DNA of 63,375 nucleotides, counting the filler, from Choristocarpus tenellus KU-1152 (Eukaryota; Protista; Phaeophyceae): the NCBI GenBank assembly GCA_964200185.2. It is 11 parts of 11 records of this genome, joined end to end, with 100 filler letters (N's around TTAATTAATTAA, not from the genome) between each part and the next. Parts side by side here need not be neighbours in the genome. Positions count along the whole stretch, not along the records: positions 30,343 to 39,023 come from CAXNAD020004450.1; positions 39,124 to 47,841 come from CAXNAD020004411.1; 9 more parts are not named here. The stretch is one strand, 5' to 3'. A program made the translations under genes and the position numbers. The notes under the pieces were generated by a model, which had not been told where the DNA came from, did not search any database, and saw nothing but the letters and a program-made list of their open reading frames with translations. Below are positions 36,001 through 47,941 of the stretch, in pieces (within the stretch, counting starts at the first letter, position 1; the number at the start of each line of letters is the position of its first letter).

Positions 36001-37879
36001 GTGTTGATGCCAGAAACCTGGACGGACCATGATCTATGTATAATGGATGTTGTGGTATGGAGGGTTTGTCAGTTGGTTTCCGAAGTTCAAAGTGTGTGGG
36101 TGAGGAAGCCGGTACGTTTCCCACGCTGGTCTTGTCTGAACATATCTCAAGTGTTTTAGGTTAGATATGATGCCACCTGGTGGTAAAGATAGTTTGTCAA
36201 GTTGGTCGACCTAAGCCAAGCCCATGACATATTTGGGTAACTACCCCAAGTTTGTTCTCATGGTATGATCGTTGTGGTTGTGCCTGTACATCACAAGATG
36301 AGAGAAATTGCAACCTTTGTGATAGCGATAGCCTTAGAATGGCAAACGTATTTCATCGCTAGGCAGTAGTTGATATCAATTCCGTCACTCCAAGAACAAA
36401 AGGGTGCATAGGCAATATGGGTGTGGAGTGGGGGCTAGGATTTGGGTCTTGTTGTATGACCTAGGAGCCTTCTGGTAATCTTACTCAAAGATCCAGAATG
36501 ACCTGGTATTTTCATATTAGATTTTCAAGAAAAAAAATGTAGTGCTGTTGGAGCCTCAACTACTTGTAGGGTGATTATTGTTGTTGGAGGGTGTTGGACA
36601 GTCAGGACCATCTAGCAATATGACATTTCGAACTTTTGGTATCCCATACGACAGCAACAGGCGCGAAGTTGTATTTTTGCAATGGTGTTGAATACTTACA
36701 CTTTTTATATAGCTGTTCCTTGCTGTGATGTTCGTACTGCCTCCATTTCAAATGTCTGATGTGTTCCTGACACCCAATGAGTGTGTATGCATCTGTTATC
36801 TTTCTTTTTATACATGTATGATACTTTTAGTGCTTACTCTGTTCAACATCAGTTCAAACAGTTTGCCGGGCAGGCTATGAATGCACTGGGAAGTATCTCA
36901 TCCCTATATTTTTGTGGGGGGTCTCTCACAATCACCATTTGATGTTACACTAAAATCTCTGTGAAATCCAATTTAGTCTACCTATTCTACTCCTCCCACT
37001 ATTAAGATGCAATAAATTCGTTTGTTCCCGGTACACTATTTTTTCATCCCAGAAGAGTGTTTGAACTTCTGCTCAAGAGAGGATGAACAATTACTATTGA
37101 TTAATAGGGGTAGGGTTAGGGTTAGACCGACTTCCATTTTCTTATGTGTAATTGGTCTCTTGTCTGCTGTACCTGTTACTGTTATCTATTTGTGAAGTAG
37201 TACTGCTGAGCACGATACTAATGGCGCGATGAACCCCATAATTTGACAGGCGCGAGACCACACCGGGACAGTGACAGCCTCACAGCCAAATGGTTCCGCT
37301 GGTGAGTCTTCCCATGGGTCTGTAGAAGATCCTAATGGTGGTGTCCCCAATACTAGAAAGGGTAAGGAAGTACTACTTGAAGAGTCAGAAATATACATCC
37401 CCGGAATCGCCGGACAACCTGCTTCTACGCTTGGGAATCATCTGCCACAGTCCATAGAGGAACGTAAAGATGGAGATTTGGAGGCAAAGCACCGAGGTGA
37501 CAGAGACACATCACTCACAGAATCTTCGAACGCGATAATGGTGGATGTTTACCCCCTGGTGAAGCCTTTCCAAAGGTGGAGTGGGGCGAAGCCTCTTCTC
37601 AAGAAAAGAAGCGGGTCCAGCGTAGGAGGAGCTGGAGGTGTTTTGAGCAGTGGAAGAGGGATTGTTTCGAACAGCGGAACACAGGCAACGGCATTTGTGG
37701 AATTTTATGAAGAAGAACCCTCCCGACCTGTGTTTAATGATACAAAGGTGCAGCCTCGGCGAATGCCCAGCATAAGCAGCATTGATGCGGTTTCAAGAGC
37801 CTCCTCCCTGGATGAATCCCGAGGGTTGGATGACACCTCTGCCCCCCTGAGTTCAAGAACAGATCAATCTTCTGTTGTG
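33030..37879 (+). CDS. Hypothetical single-pass (type I) membrane protein with extracellular Cys motif and low-complexity cytoplasmic tail
   Basis: Exons 33030-33643, 34996-35176 and 37250-37879 splice in phase (TG|G = Trp, then phase 0). Motif FHDNRCLEDSGGVGCGA...CRFC...W|VDCP, a TM helix FGLAIALSIGVGLVCVAAVCCIA followed by RLR, and an S/E/G-rich tail. Confidence 0.78.
33694..33950 (+). mobile_element. MITE family A copy with internal ~70-bp duplication
   Basis: GGCTCAAAGTATG...AGATATTTTGAGCC with a TAG duplication. The block GGAGAAGTG.ACTTA.ATTATCCATCCGA.GCATGCAACCAAA occurs twice. Confidence 0.85.
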
Positions 37880-39023
37880 GTGAGTCCCAAGGGGCAAGTA
37901 GATGGGCATGTTCTCAATATTGTAGCATTTCTTTTTGTCATGTATCACAGGAAAATGATGTTTTGCCCATATTTTATGTCTGTCCATATGTGTGGTGTAT
38001 GTACCTGTATATATATATTGATCACTCAGCTGTCATCTTCGTTTGTGCTGGCCTTAACCCTAACCCTAATACCCTGAATGATCAAAATTTTAAAGTTTCT
38101 CCATAGGGTGCTGTTTTTTCAAGTACCTGTATTGAGGTGTTGCTTTCATCTCATTAAAGAGGTACCTCTGTTGTTGAGGATCATTTCTTCGCCAATCACA
38201 CTCTCTGGGTCAGTCATGGTGTGCATTTACGTATGCCTTGTATTTGGATTATGTTGAGGCACCGTTGTTGTACCCTTATGTACCTTATTAGTATTGTTTA
38301 TTATAATTTTTTTTTATTAGACTCTAGTGATTGTTGTAGTATGCTGTTTGTACGCAGTGTGTTGTGTGTTCCAAATGATACATACTTGACACATATTTTT
38401 TCTTTACTCTCACTTCTTCTTCTCACTTGTAAAGGTATCATACTCGATTGTGTTAATCCTTTTTTCCCACTCATGAGGTGGTATCGTTTGTGAAGGGTTA
38501 GGGTGAGCTGTTCCGATGTCTAATGATTATTTGAAATGTGTTTGTCAAAGTTTACTGCGCCTGGGGAATGGTTGCTGAAGAGATATCCCTTTTGAAACAA
38601 ATGCACCATTTCAAAGTGTGGTCTGTGTAAGAAAGTGTTCTAAAGTACCCCTTACACCTTCATTGCGCTGTCTCCCCCCTCAATATTGATATTATCATGA
38701 GACATTTTGATGTTTTCCTATTTGTATAGCTGTGTTGTAGGTTATTCATAACAGTCAACATGTCTTGTGCTACAGATTTTGATATGGTTGGATTTTATGT
38801 GCTGACAAGAGACACATGTCCCATTGGTACTCGATAATTCATCAATGCCCAAGGTATCAAATGTTAGGCCTCGTGATACCGGTATTTGTCCTGTCATTGT
38901 TGAGCCCAGCAACCTTATCTGATTATCTAAACTCCCCCCCCTTGCCACCCTCCCTCCCCCCCCCTTCCCCCCCTCCACCCTGCCCCCCCCCGCCACACGC
39001 CCGCTCTCGTGCGCCTGTCTCCC

Positions 39024-39123
39024 NNNNNNNNNNNNNNNNNNNNNNNNNNNNNNNNNNNNNNNNNNNNTTAATTAATTAANNNNNNNNNNNNNNNNNNNNN
39101 NNNNNNNNNNNNNNNNNNNNNNN
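39024..39123. other. Artificial contig linker
   Basis: 44N-TTAATTAATTAA-44N. Confidence 0.98.
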
Positions 39124-40075
39124 CTGAATTATAGCACGAGCACCATAAACAGGTGGCTGGATGATATGGGGGCCATGCCAAATCGCCGCTGGATCAAACC
39201 CAAGGTTAAATCGTGGCAAAGGGTATGGAGAATGAACTTTGTTTGCAGTATCCCCAAAACCATGATCATTGCAGCCAACACCCGCCCAGATTCGGCTCAC
39301 AGATTTGGTGGAAAGCTTGGTGTTTGGCGTGTGTGTGGGCGAAAAATGGCAGACAGGACAAGCAAGAACCATAAAAAGGGGGACGCGTATGAGCAGGACT
39401 GCACTTTAGACACTGTACTTTAGACCATTTGTGGTACAGGAAGTGGTACACGGAGGAGTTACTGCCTGCAATCAAGACCAAGATGCCTTGGTTGCAGGGG
39501 AAGCATGCCGCCATTCAGCAAGATGGTGCCACCCTCCACACGGGCAAGGGCAACTCAGAAATCTTGTCAGGGGCAGGAAGACTGAGGGGCGGTCGATTAG
39601 GCTTGTGACACAGTCATCTAACTCCCCCAACCTCAATATCGTGGACATGTGCATCTCCAGGTGTTTGAAATGCCGGGTGATGGGGGAGCGGTTTGGGTCG
39701 GTGGAGGAGATGGTGAAGGTCATCAAGAAACAGTATGAGGAGTATGATGAAACCACACCTGAGAGGGCTTGGCAACTCCTTTTTGTGGTGTACAATCAGG
39801 TACTTAGATAGAAAGGGGGGAATGACTTCAGTGTGGAGCACACAAAGGGTAAGGAAGAGCCAGTTGTCTGGTGAGCATGAAAACACCCTGAAGGTAGACA
39901 TGGAGGCCTTTTTTGCGACTGATAAAATTGTGATGGATGAGGAGTAATGATAATAAAAAGAGGTGGCCCTAACCACATATTCGTCAAGGATTCCAAATCT
40001 TCTCTCAGAAATAAATTTGATCAAGATCTTCAAAAGTTGTGGATAAAGCGGAACAGACTTATGGCAAGGAGGTAG
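39124..40075 (+). mobile_element. DD39D-type (plant/oomycete-like) mariner transposase remnant, 3' half with terminus
   Basis: FGGKLGVW...RTSKNHKKG; IRLVTQSSNSPNLNIVDM (compare QPPNSPDLNVLDL); GGNDF. It has stops and frameshifts. The terminus GGCAAGGAGGTAG|TA is Stowaway-like. It lies downstream of the CAF1 exon's donor, so probably within CAF1 intron 1. Confidence 0.85.
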
Positions 40076-40693
40076 TACAAATATTTGTAGGTAGGTAGTA
40101 CATCCATTATGTTCGAGCTGCTGCATGGGGGGCATGGTGCACCTCCATCTTTATCTCGCCTCCCTTTCCTACATAGGGTTAGGGCTAGGTTTAGGTAAAG
40201 CTCTGCTTGGTACTTTGCCACAATGATCCCATCAGTGGATACATCCACAGCAGAGTAGATGCACAGCAGAATAGATGCACAAAAGACTTGGTATCAATAA
40301 CAATAGTATAATCAAGAGTTGGCACCAATAGTATAATCATGTAACAGATACACAAAAGAGTAAATATAAATAGTGAAAGTATGCCAAAAACATTCCAGGA
40401 GACACACAGCGGCACCATTCCTTCATTATACCATCCTAACCCTAAGTCTACCCCACCAGTCAGATCTGAAACTGCCACATATGCAACACCATAGACACCA
40501 TAACCTGGTACACCATACCTTGTCCAAATCATTGCTTGGTACATGATACATTCCTACAAAAAAAAGTAGAGTCAGTGCCCAAGGTTAGGTTAACTAAAAA
40601 TAATAGCTTGTACTTCTACAATAGCATACTCTGCAGTGTAAAGAGACAGCCAATTGGGAGTTGTGAAACCAACTTGTCTAGCCCATGACTCAC

Positions 40694-40828
40694 CATAGCC
40701 ACATAAGGATACTTGTCCACTATCTCCCGGATAGCCATCATCTCCTCTTCCAAGTTGGATGCCCACACATTGCGAATCTCTACTGAGCCTCCATCAGGCG
40801 TACTGTACCTCTCAGCTAGGCCTGCCAT
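40694..40828 (-). CDS. CAF1: CCR4-associated factor 1 (CAF1/POP2/CNOT7-8) deadenylase, first coding exon
   Basis: MAGLAERYSTPDGGSVEIRNVWASNLEEEMMAIREIVDKYPYVAM|GTGAGT. This is the conserved segment immediately before DTEFPG of CAF1. Confidence 0.9.
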
Positions 40829-42444
40829 TACATAGGGGTGCAGCAATGTCAGTAGCAAGCTGTGAACAGCTACCGAGAGCAACTAGGGTATTGAACTTCC
40901 ATTGGATCAATCACTATGAAAGTTGGGGTATTGAATGGAGTTGCTAAATGGTACGAGTTACATCCATCGATTCTCTTTCAAAGTAGTTTCAAAGTAGTTC
41001 CAAAGTAGGGGTATTATCGGGTGGTACAAAGTGAGGTCATTCGATAGTTCGTTAATAATGGATTTGTGAATAACATGGAATATAAAAAGTGCTGCCTAAA
41101 AAACTAAAAGTATTTTAGCAGTATTGAATGAAGAGATATCACAGTGAGGTACAACCTAACCATAAGTTGGCATCTGTTTCTTGTTTTTCAAATAAAGATA
41201 TAAATAGAGTAACAAATGAAGAAATATTTAAAGAAATGAAGTAACAAATAAAGTAATATAAAAGGTAATAAATAAATAAAATAGATGGAAATCTGCCATT
41301 GTATAGGAAGACCTTTGTAACTAATACAGACTGTTGAGGTTGTTGTTGTGTTTCTTTCTCCTCTGTCAAGTACTGATATACCACTCCCTGACAGTCACAC
41401 ACCAGTCACAAAACTACCTGCCCTAGTGTAGCATGAAAAGAAACCTGCCGAATCCCAAGACTTGTATATATAAATGTATTGATCTTTTCCTTCCTGGACT
41501 GGAAAAGATGAAAGGGAAGTGAAGAAGGAAGGAAGCCTCTTCACCAGAAAGGGGGCTCCTCTGCCAGTAATCACACCCAGTAATCACACCTAACCTTGAA
41601 CCCCTTGATCACACCACACTGAGACGTCACTTGCTGCAGTGTTTCCTACTCTTACAGTTTACACTTTCATTCCTTGACCAACAGCTATCAGCCTCTGCTT
41701 CTCTCTTGTCCTAAGGCATACAATAACTTTCTCTTCTCTCAACTAGCTGTTTCGCATACATTATTGTTTCACACATATTACTGTTTCACACAAGAGTTCA
41801 AGGCATATTCTTGAAATCACCCTATGACAATAGTCACAAAATGTCAATGGGAAAAAAACATTAATGTTCAAGAGTAAGGACATTATTGCAGGGACTTGTA
41901 CACCAGGGTGGGATGCAAACACTTGCATCTAAAACCACCACCACGCCTATCCACCTAACAGAACACTGAATCAACAAGAAAAAAAAAAATTGCATTCAAC
42001 ACTAATCATTATCAAGTCAAGGCATAATTTTGTAAATCAGTATTGATAACAATCAGTCACATCTGAACTATCAACAACAATTTATTGTCAATAATTGGAA
42101 GGCCAGGAGGACACAGAATCCAATTAGTTCCAATCTATGCTCACAATCAAGATTTAAACATTCAATAGGGACTTTTCAAGAAAATGGTAAGAGTGGCAAA
42201 TGAAAAACACCTTCCCTACTTCTGTACTGTAGGCCATCAACACAAGGGATATGAAGCAGGATGAGAAATTGAAGCACAAGAGCACTACCTATGGATCAAA
42301 AAATAAATTAACTGTAGATAATGATTTGATTGATCGAGTGAGACTAAACAATTAATCACAATAAATCGAGAGATTGGTCGTATCAAATCAAACTTCTAGA
42401 CACTACCAATCAAAACAAATGGTCTCTAGCAGTTCATTTGTCCA

Positions 42445-42503
42445 TATTATTATTATTATTATTACTATTATTACTATTACTATTTTTTTTATTATTATTA
42501 TTA
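42445..42503. repeat. (TTA)n microsatellite, imperfect
   Basis: ATTATTATT...ACTATT run. Confidence 0.85.
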
Positions 42504-45500
42504 CATTGAATTGAGCAATTCATTTGTCATACAACAAGAGATCAGTTGCATAGAACAAGAACAAGAACAAGAAGGTGAATGAACCAGAAAAAAATAAAAA
42601 TAAAACTGTAGACAAGAAGCACATCTGATTCTTGTCATGGGAAACAATAATAATAATAATGTAACAACTACTTCTAGAAAGGTTTTAGTTGTAAGCAATA
42701 CAGCAACAACAACAACAGCAGAGTAGTAGCACATTTCCTAGAGTCAATTTCATCATCACCTGTCATCTTAGGGTTAGGGATAGGGTTAGGGATAGGGTTA
42801 CAAATAGGAAAACAATTCCAACCAAAGATGTACACATGGTGCCACCATACAGCTGGCCACTGACTCACTAGCATGACCCTTACCTAATCCCCAGATAGCA
42901 CCTCCAACATTGTTCATATGTGGGCACACAACAATCAATAGATAACAGTTTATCGGTAAGGGCTCACCCTACCTTGACCTATTCAAATCAAAACTTAACT
43001 CTAATCTCAAAACTCTTTTCTCAATCACAATTTTTCACAAGCCTAGACACATGCCTTGCCAACTCACACCACCAGCACTATGAAAACTTTACAGTGCAAA
43101 TTGCAACTACAAGAATAATCAACTGCGCTGCAAGGGCACTACTTCACAACATGACAATATTCAGGTCTACATGTCATTTACCCTCACATAACTGCCATGA
43201 TCACTGAGAAAAAGGATAGAGACGTTGTACCACATACTGAAGTACTTCATGCATGACATGATTGGATCCCTTCTGGGTTAAGCTGCCATCAAAAGAGAAG
43301 CTGTAATTATCACCATAATTAGTATTGACCTAGCCCCAAACAGCAACAGCGAAGTCAAGCTCAGTGCTTGGTTATACGGGTACGTTTAATCCAAGGATGG
43401 TGGTGGAAGAGGCTAGTCCTTAAATGATTGAGTATCAAAAGACCACTGCTGGGACAGATGTTGGAGCTTTAGCAACGTCTTCCAGTTAAAAAAACAAAAA
43501 AAGGCTAACTAAGATCAGTGTTAGGTTTGACATATAAACATAAGCTGACAAAATACTTGTAGGTGTTAAGGATATTGAGGCTTGAACCAGGGTTGAAGTT
43601 CAAACTATCCCCAAGTTCATGACATGCAAAGTGCATACTATGTTGATATGTAGAATATACTTCAAGAGTTGGGCTTGATGTTGAAGATTAGAGTTTGGTC
43701 CCAGAAAGATCTTCAATGACAGCATATGAAAATTAGGGTTAGGGTTAGATATACCTTGACATAAAACTTGACAAAACGCAATGTTTTTAAAGGGTCAATG
43801 TGAAGCTACAAAATACCTTCAAGGAGCAGGGTTAGAATTATAGTATAAAATAGCCAAAATCAGAGACAAAGGGAGAACTTCAGTGTGTACGTCATATGCC
43901 TACATGAATTGTAGTGCAGCTTTTCAAATTCAAGAGTTTCAAATCCAAGGCTTATGTCTTAGAAAACAGCACTGACAAGCCACCAGTTGAGCTCCCCTTG
44001 ACTCTTAAGTAGGAACCAACAAAAGGGACTACTTTCCACCATAATTATACATTCTAGACATCAATGCATCTGCAACTTATTTATTTCACTCACCAAAATC
44101 ACACCAACTTTCTTGCACAATTGCCCTAGCCCTGCAATAGCCCTGGAACTACCTAAAAAACCATAACCCTAACCCTAATCACGAAAATAAAAAATTGAAC
44201 TTTTGCACCGAGTCAGTTTAAAATATATAATTTGCTAAGAGGGTCTTCTTCTTCATTGACTCGTTGGTAACAAACAACTTTGTCGCGGCCACTGGACCTC
44301 TTTCGCACGATAGATCTATCTACCGCAGGTGCCCCTCACACCCAATCAGAAACCGCGAGATGAGATGCCGATGCACTCCACATCGGCTTGGTTATCGCCG
44401 AGGTTGGAGGACTATAGAAAGTGTTGACAAAGTCACTCAACTGGGCCACCCTGGCATGGTCGACCAATCACACTATTGTACAAACATGAGAATTGTACTG
44501 CACCTGAAAGGTGAAATATTGTGTAGTAATCATTTCGATACTGCAACGAGGCTTGGAGGACAAAGTTTGCCAAAAAAAAGGAGCAACAGGGCACAGCACT
44601 GAGTTCATCCTCTCAAATTGGAGTCAAGGCGTAATTTGTTCGAAATTTAGACGCATTTCACCTCAAGAGTAAGGAATCAGGTCAGCGTCGGCCAAAGGGA
44701 TATGTGTGTCCATCAGCACATCTCACAAAAGAAATGCAGGTTGATCTTGACATAGGCGATGCACTTGACATGCAAATAAATCAATAGCTGGAAACTTCGC
44801 CTTGAATTTAGTCCTACACCCAGCTTTCCGATAGCTCGCAGACTTCTTCTAAGGAATGTCTTGGAGTATTTTCGATAGTCGAGTGTTTATGTGCCTTTCG
44901 GGGTGAGGAGAATAGGTGAAGGGTTTGTAGAAATATCTTTTTCCAGTAGACTTTTCGGTATGCAGAAAGTGCACATTGTAGCGCAACTGACTTGAATCAG
45001 CGATTTTCCAACTTGACTTTTCCAAGAGGATCTCTAGAGCTTCAAGTAAAGGGGCAGGGTAAGGAAAGGGGTTGGAAGAGTATCACGTTCAAGTACTTCT
45101 TACCAATGGATCCAGTCAAGGTCGACGTCCCTCCAGCATGTTTCGCCGTCTCATCTCCGCCGTTGTTGAAGGGGAGCATGCTTCCCCACCGTTTGTTTCC
45201 TAAAGTATGTTGGGAGGATTGAGAGAATCAGTCCACCTTACTTCCCCCAAACCTACGTCCATGCCCTATTCCTCCATCTCCTCTTCCAGTCCTTGGAAAA
45301 TCGAATGCAACCTTAGATCATGGGTAACATTTTGATCACGATATATCATATCAATTACGTGAATCGGATACTAATATATCATATATCGATTTGCATATCG
45401 GACATTTCAGTGTCAAGGAGTGGAGGATTGTATGTGGCTAATTTTTAGGGGAATTTCATTCTTGGTTCGAACCCCATCTCCACACCACAGAAATCTAGTT

Positions 45501-45543
45501 TTGATCATCCAATACCACATGTCGAGGACAACAGATTGCACAC

Positions 45544-45599
45544 CCGTATTATCCTATCTGTCGCTATGCCACCGTATTATCCTATCTGTCGCTATGCCA
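45544..45599. repeat. 28-bp direct tandem duplication
   Basis: CCGTATTATCCTATCTGTCGCTATGCCA x2. Confidence 0.9.
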
Positions 45600-46254
45600 C
45601 AGAAATGTCAGACCAAGATCGAGGTGGTAACGATGAAGGAGGTTCACCAAAAGTTTCGAGTGAAGAGCCAGAGTGACAATGGGTGGGAGTGCTGAACCCG
45701 CAACATGTGAATACCAACGCGCGAAAGGAGGCAGTACAATTAGTCGTGATGCAGCTGATAGTTCCAGTAGTTAATTTGTTTTGCTCACGAATTCTTGATT
45801 AATTAGTTACCCAATCTTAACCTCACATCCACTCCACTCCTCATCAACTGACATCACAACACCCACTCCGTACCACAACAATGATGCACCACCACCACCT
45901 TGACTACCACACCAACTTCATACCACCATCTTCTTACCGCCCCAACTGCACACCCAATCCACATACCTACTCTCCAAACTATTGCGGTCAATTTCCGCGT
46001 ATCCACTCACTCAGAAACCAATCTGACTAAATTCTGTGTATCCACTCACACAATGATTGGAGCACTTTCCAAGTATACACTTTTCGAAACCAATGTAGCC
46101 ACTTCCTTTGTTTCTACTCATACCAATGCAACCACTATCCGCATATAGAATCTACTCAAAAATATTGCAGTCACTTTCCGCGCATCCACTCCCACACTCT
46201 CCCAAAACGCTCCACCTCCATCTATCACACTCACATTCATAGAAAAGAGCCCAA

Positions 46255-46510
46255 CCAATTGGGAGGTATAGGCAAGTTTGGACCCTTCTGCATTCCAAGC
46301 TATCTTACTATCCTGTGCAGCATTCACTCTATCTCATTTCTTTTATGTGGACAATAGTGTACGCAAAATCGATATTCACTCTTTCCACACACAAAGTAAC
46401 ACATCAATTCAGCGAAGGCTCTTTCTCCAATTGTACAAAATGGCATATTTTTACCCTTTCTCAAGATCCTTAAAATGCTACCCTGCCTACATCTCAGTTA
46501 GTTTGACTCA
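46255..46510 (+). repeat. Dispersed repeat (matches 16115-16385)
   Basis: See 16115-16385. It is preceded by degenerate TATCCACTCAC...AACCAAT repeats at ~45980-46200. Confidence 0.75.
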
Positions 46511-47424
46511 AAAACACCCTACAATAATCCAAAATTCTCTGCCTTCATCCAATTCCATACTATGCCTTTGGACTAGGATACATCTGGCGCATCCAAGCAT
46601 AACTTCCACCCCCTCCGTTATCCCACTCAATCGTGAGCAATCAAGGGTGGGTGGGTAGGAAAGATTGCTAAGTAGTTGCCTTGAACCTGCTTCCCTAGTT
46701 TTTCTTCGCTGCACTTTGCCTCTGTCCTTCTGTTCTGACCACCCTCTTCCTGTATCATTTCCACATCAGCACCACTCATTCTATCTACTTTCTCAATTAC
46801 CAGATATACCTTTGAGCAATACAATATTCAACCATTCTTCCACCCTCCCTACATTCTTCCTTTTCTCAATCAGAGCATCAAGTGTATTACTCGTCTACCA
46901 TAGTGAATTCCCTCATGCACAAACTCAACTTACTTCAGTAACTTTCACTTCGAGGTGTAGTGGTGTGTGTAGTGGTTCTGAGTACTTCTTGGGATAGTCC
47001 CCAGACTAGAATGAAAAATTGTGCATTTAAAGAAAAACAATTGCACAACAAAGATAAACAACGTTTTATATATATGTAAAACCCCTTTTTGGAATCTAGC
47101 TTAAACTTTATACATTGAAGTAGCTTATTACCCTTGTCACAGCTTTTTTGATGAATCGGACCAAGGACTTGTTTTCCATTTTGATTTTGGCTTAGGTTTA
47201 GACATAGGCTTAGGGCTAGGGTTAGGCACCCCCAAGTCCGTACCATTCATGAAAGAGCTGTGGCTATAGGGCAAAAAGCGACTCTGACGTTGGAAGTTTT
47301 CACAGGTCTCCCCTCCTTGGGTACAATGCCGACTCAGTCGGAATTCTTACTTCATTATCAATAGGTATATGTGTATGTGTTCGATCCGTTTGTTGTGGTA
47401 AGCATGTGGAATTGGATAGTCGAA

Positions 47425-47841
47425 AGAGTGAAAGTATCTTAGAGGATACGAGTTTTGCCCTGTTTTAACCCTTGGGGCTTGGCTTCCTACTGTTTTTTAA
47501 TTACATTTTACCTACTCCGAAACAATGTGTATCTTATGAAAAGGTGTGTCTGGAGCAAGGATATTGACACCTTCCCAACAAACACGATAGCCAAAATTAC
47601 ATCAAAATCGCAGCATTGGAAGCTCAAAGTGTCTGAGGGTGGGTGGCGGCTGTCCATTTAGGGTCAATTTTTTTCATGTCGCGATTTGGCATAATTTGGT
47701 TGTGGAGGTCGGATGGGTAATGTAAGTGCACTTTTCCTGGTTATCGCTCAGATGGACACCCTGGTGTAGACCTCCCTCCCTCCCCCAGATACTTTGGGTC
47801 TGGATAGACCCCCAAACAGACGCAGCTTTACCCTCTAAGAT
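47425..47841 (-). mobile_element. MITE family B copy interrupted by a nested family A copy (47621-47800)
   Basis: GAGTGAAAGTATCTTAGAGG...CAGCATTGGA | AGCTCAAAGTGTCTG...AGATACTTTGGGTC | TGGATAGACCCC...CCCTCTAAGAT. TGGA is duplicated around the insert. Confidence 0.85.
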
Positions 47842-47941
47842 NNNNNNNNNNNNNNNNNNNNNNNNNNNNNNNNNNNNNNNNNNNNTTAATTAATTAANNN
47901 NNNNNNNNNNNNNNNNNNNNNNNNNNNNNNNNNNNNNNNNN
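47842..47941. other. Artificial contig linker
   Basis: 44N-TTAATTAATTAA-44N. Confidence 0.98.

Noticed and set aside
43230-45200. Possible small minus-strand exons upstream of CAF1
   Set aside because: Splice-like sites exist but I could not build a consistent frame or recognise a protein. They may be 5' UTR exons.
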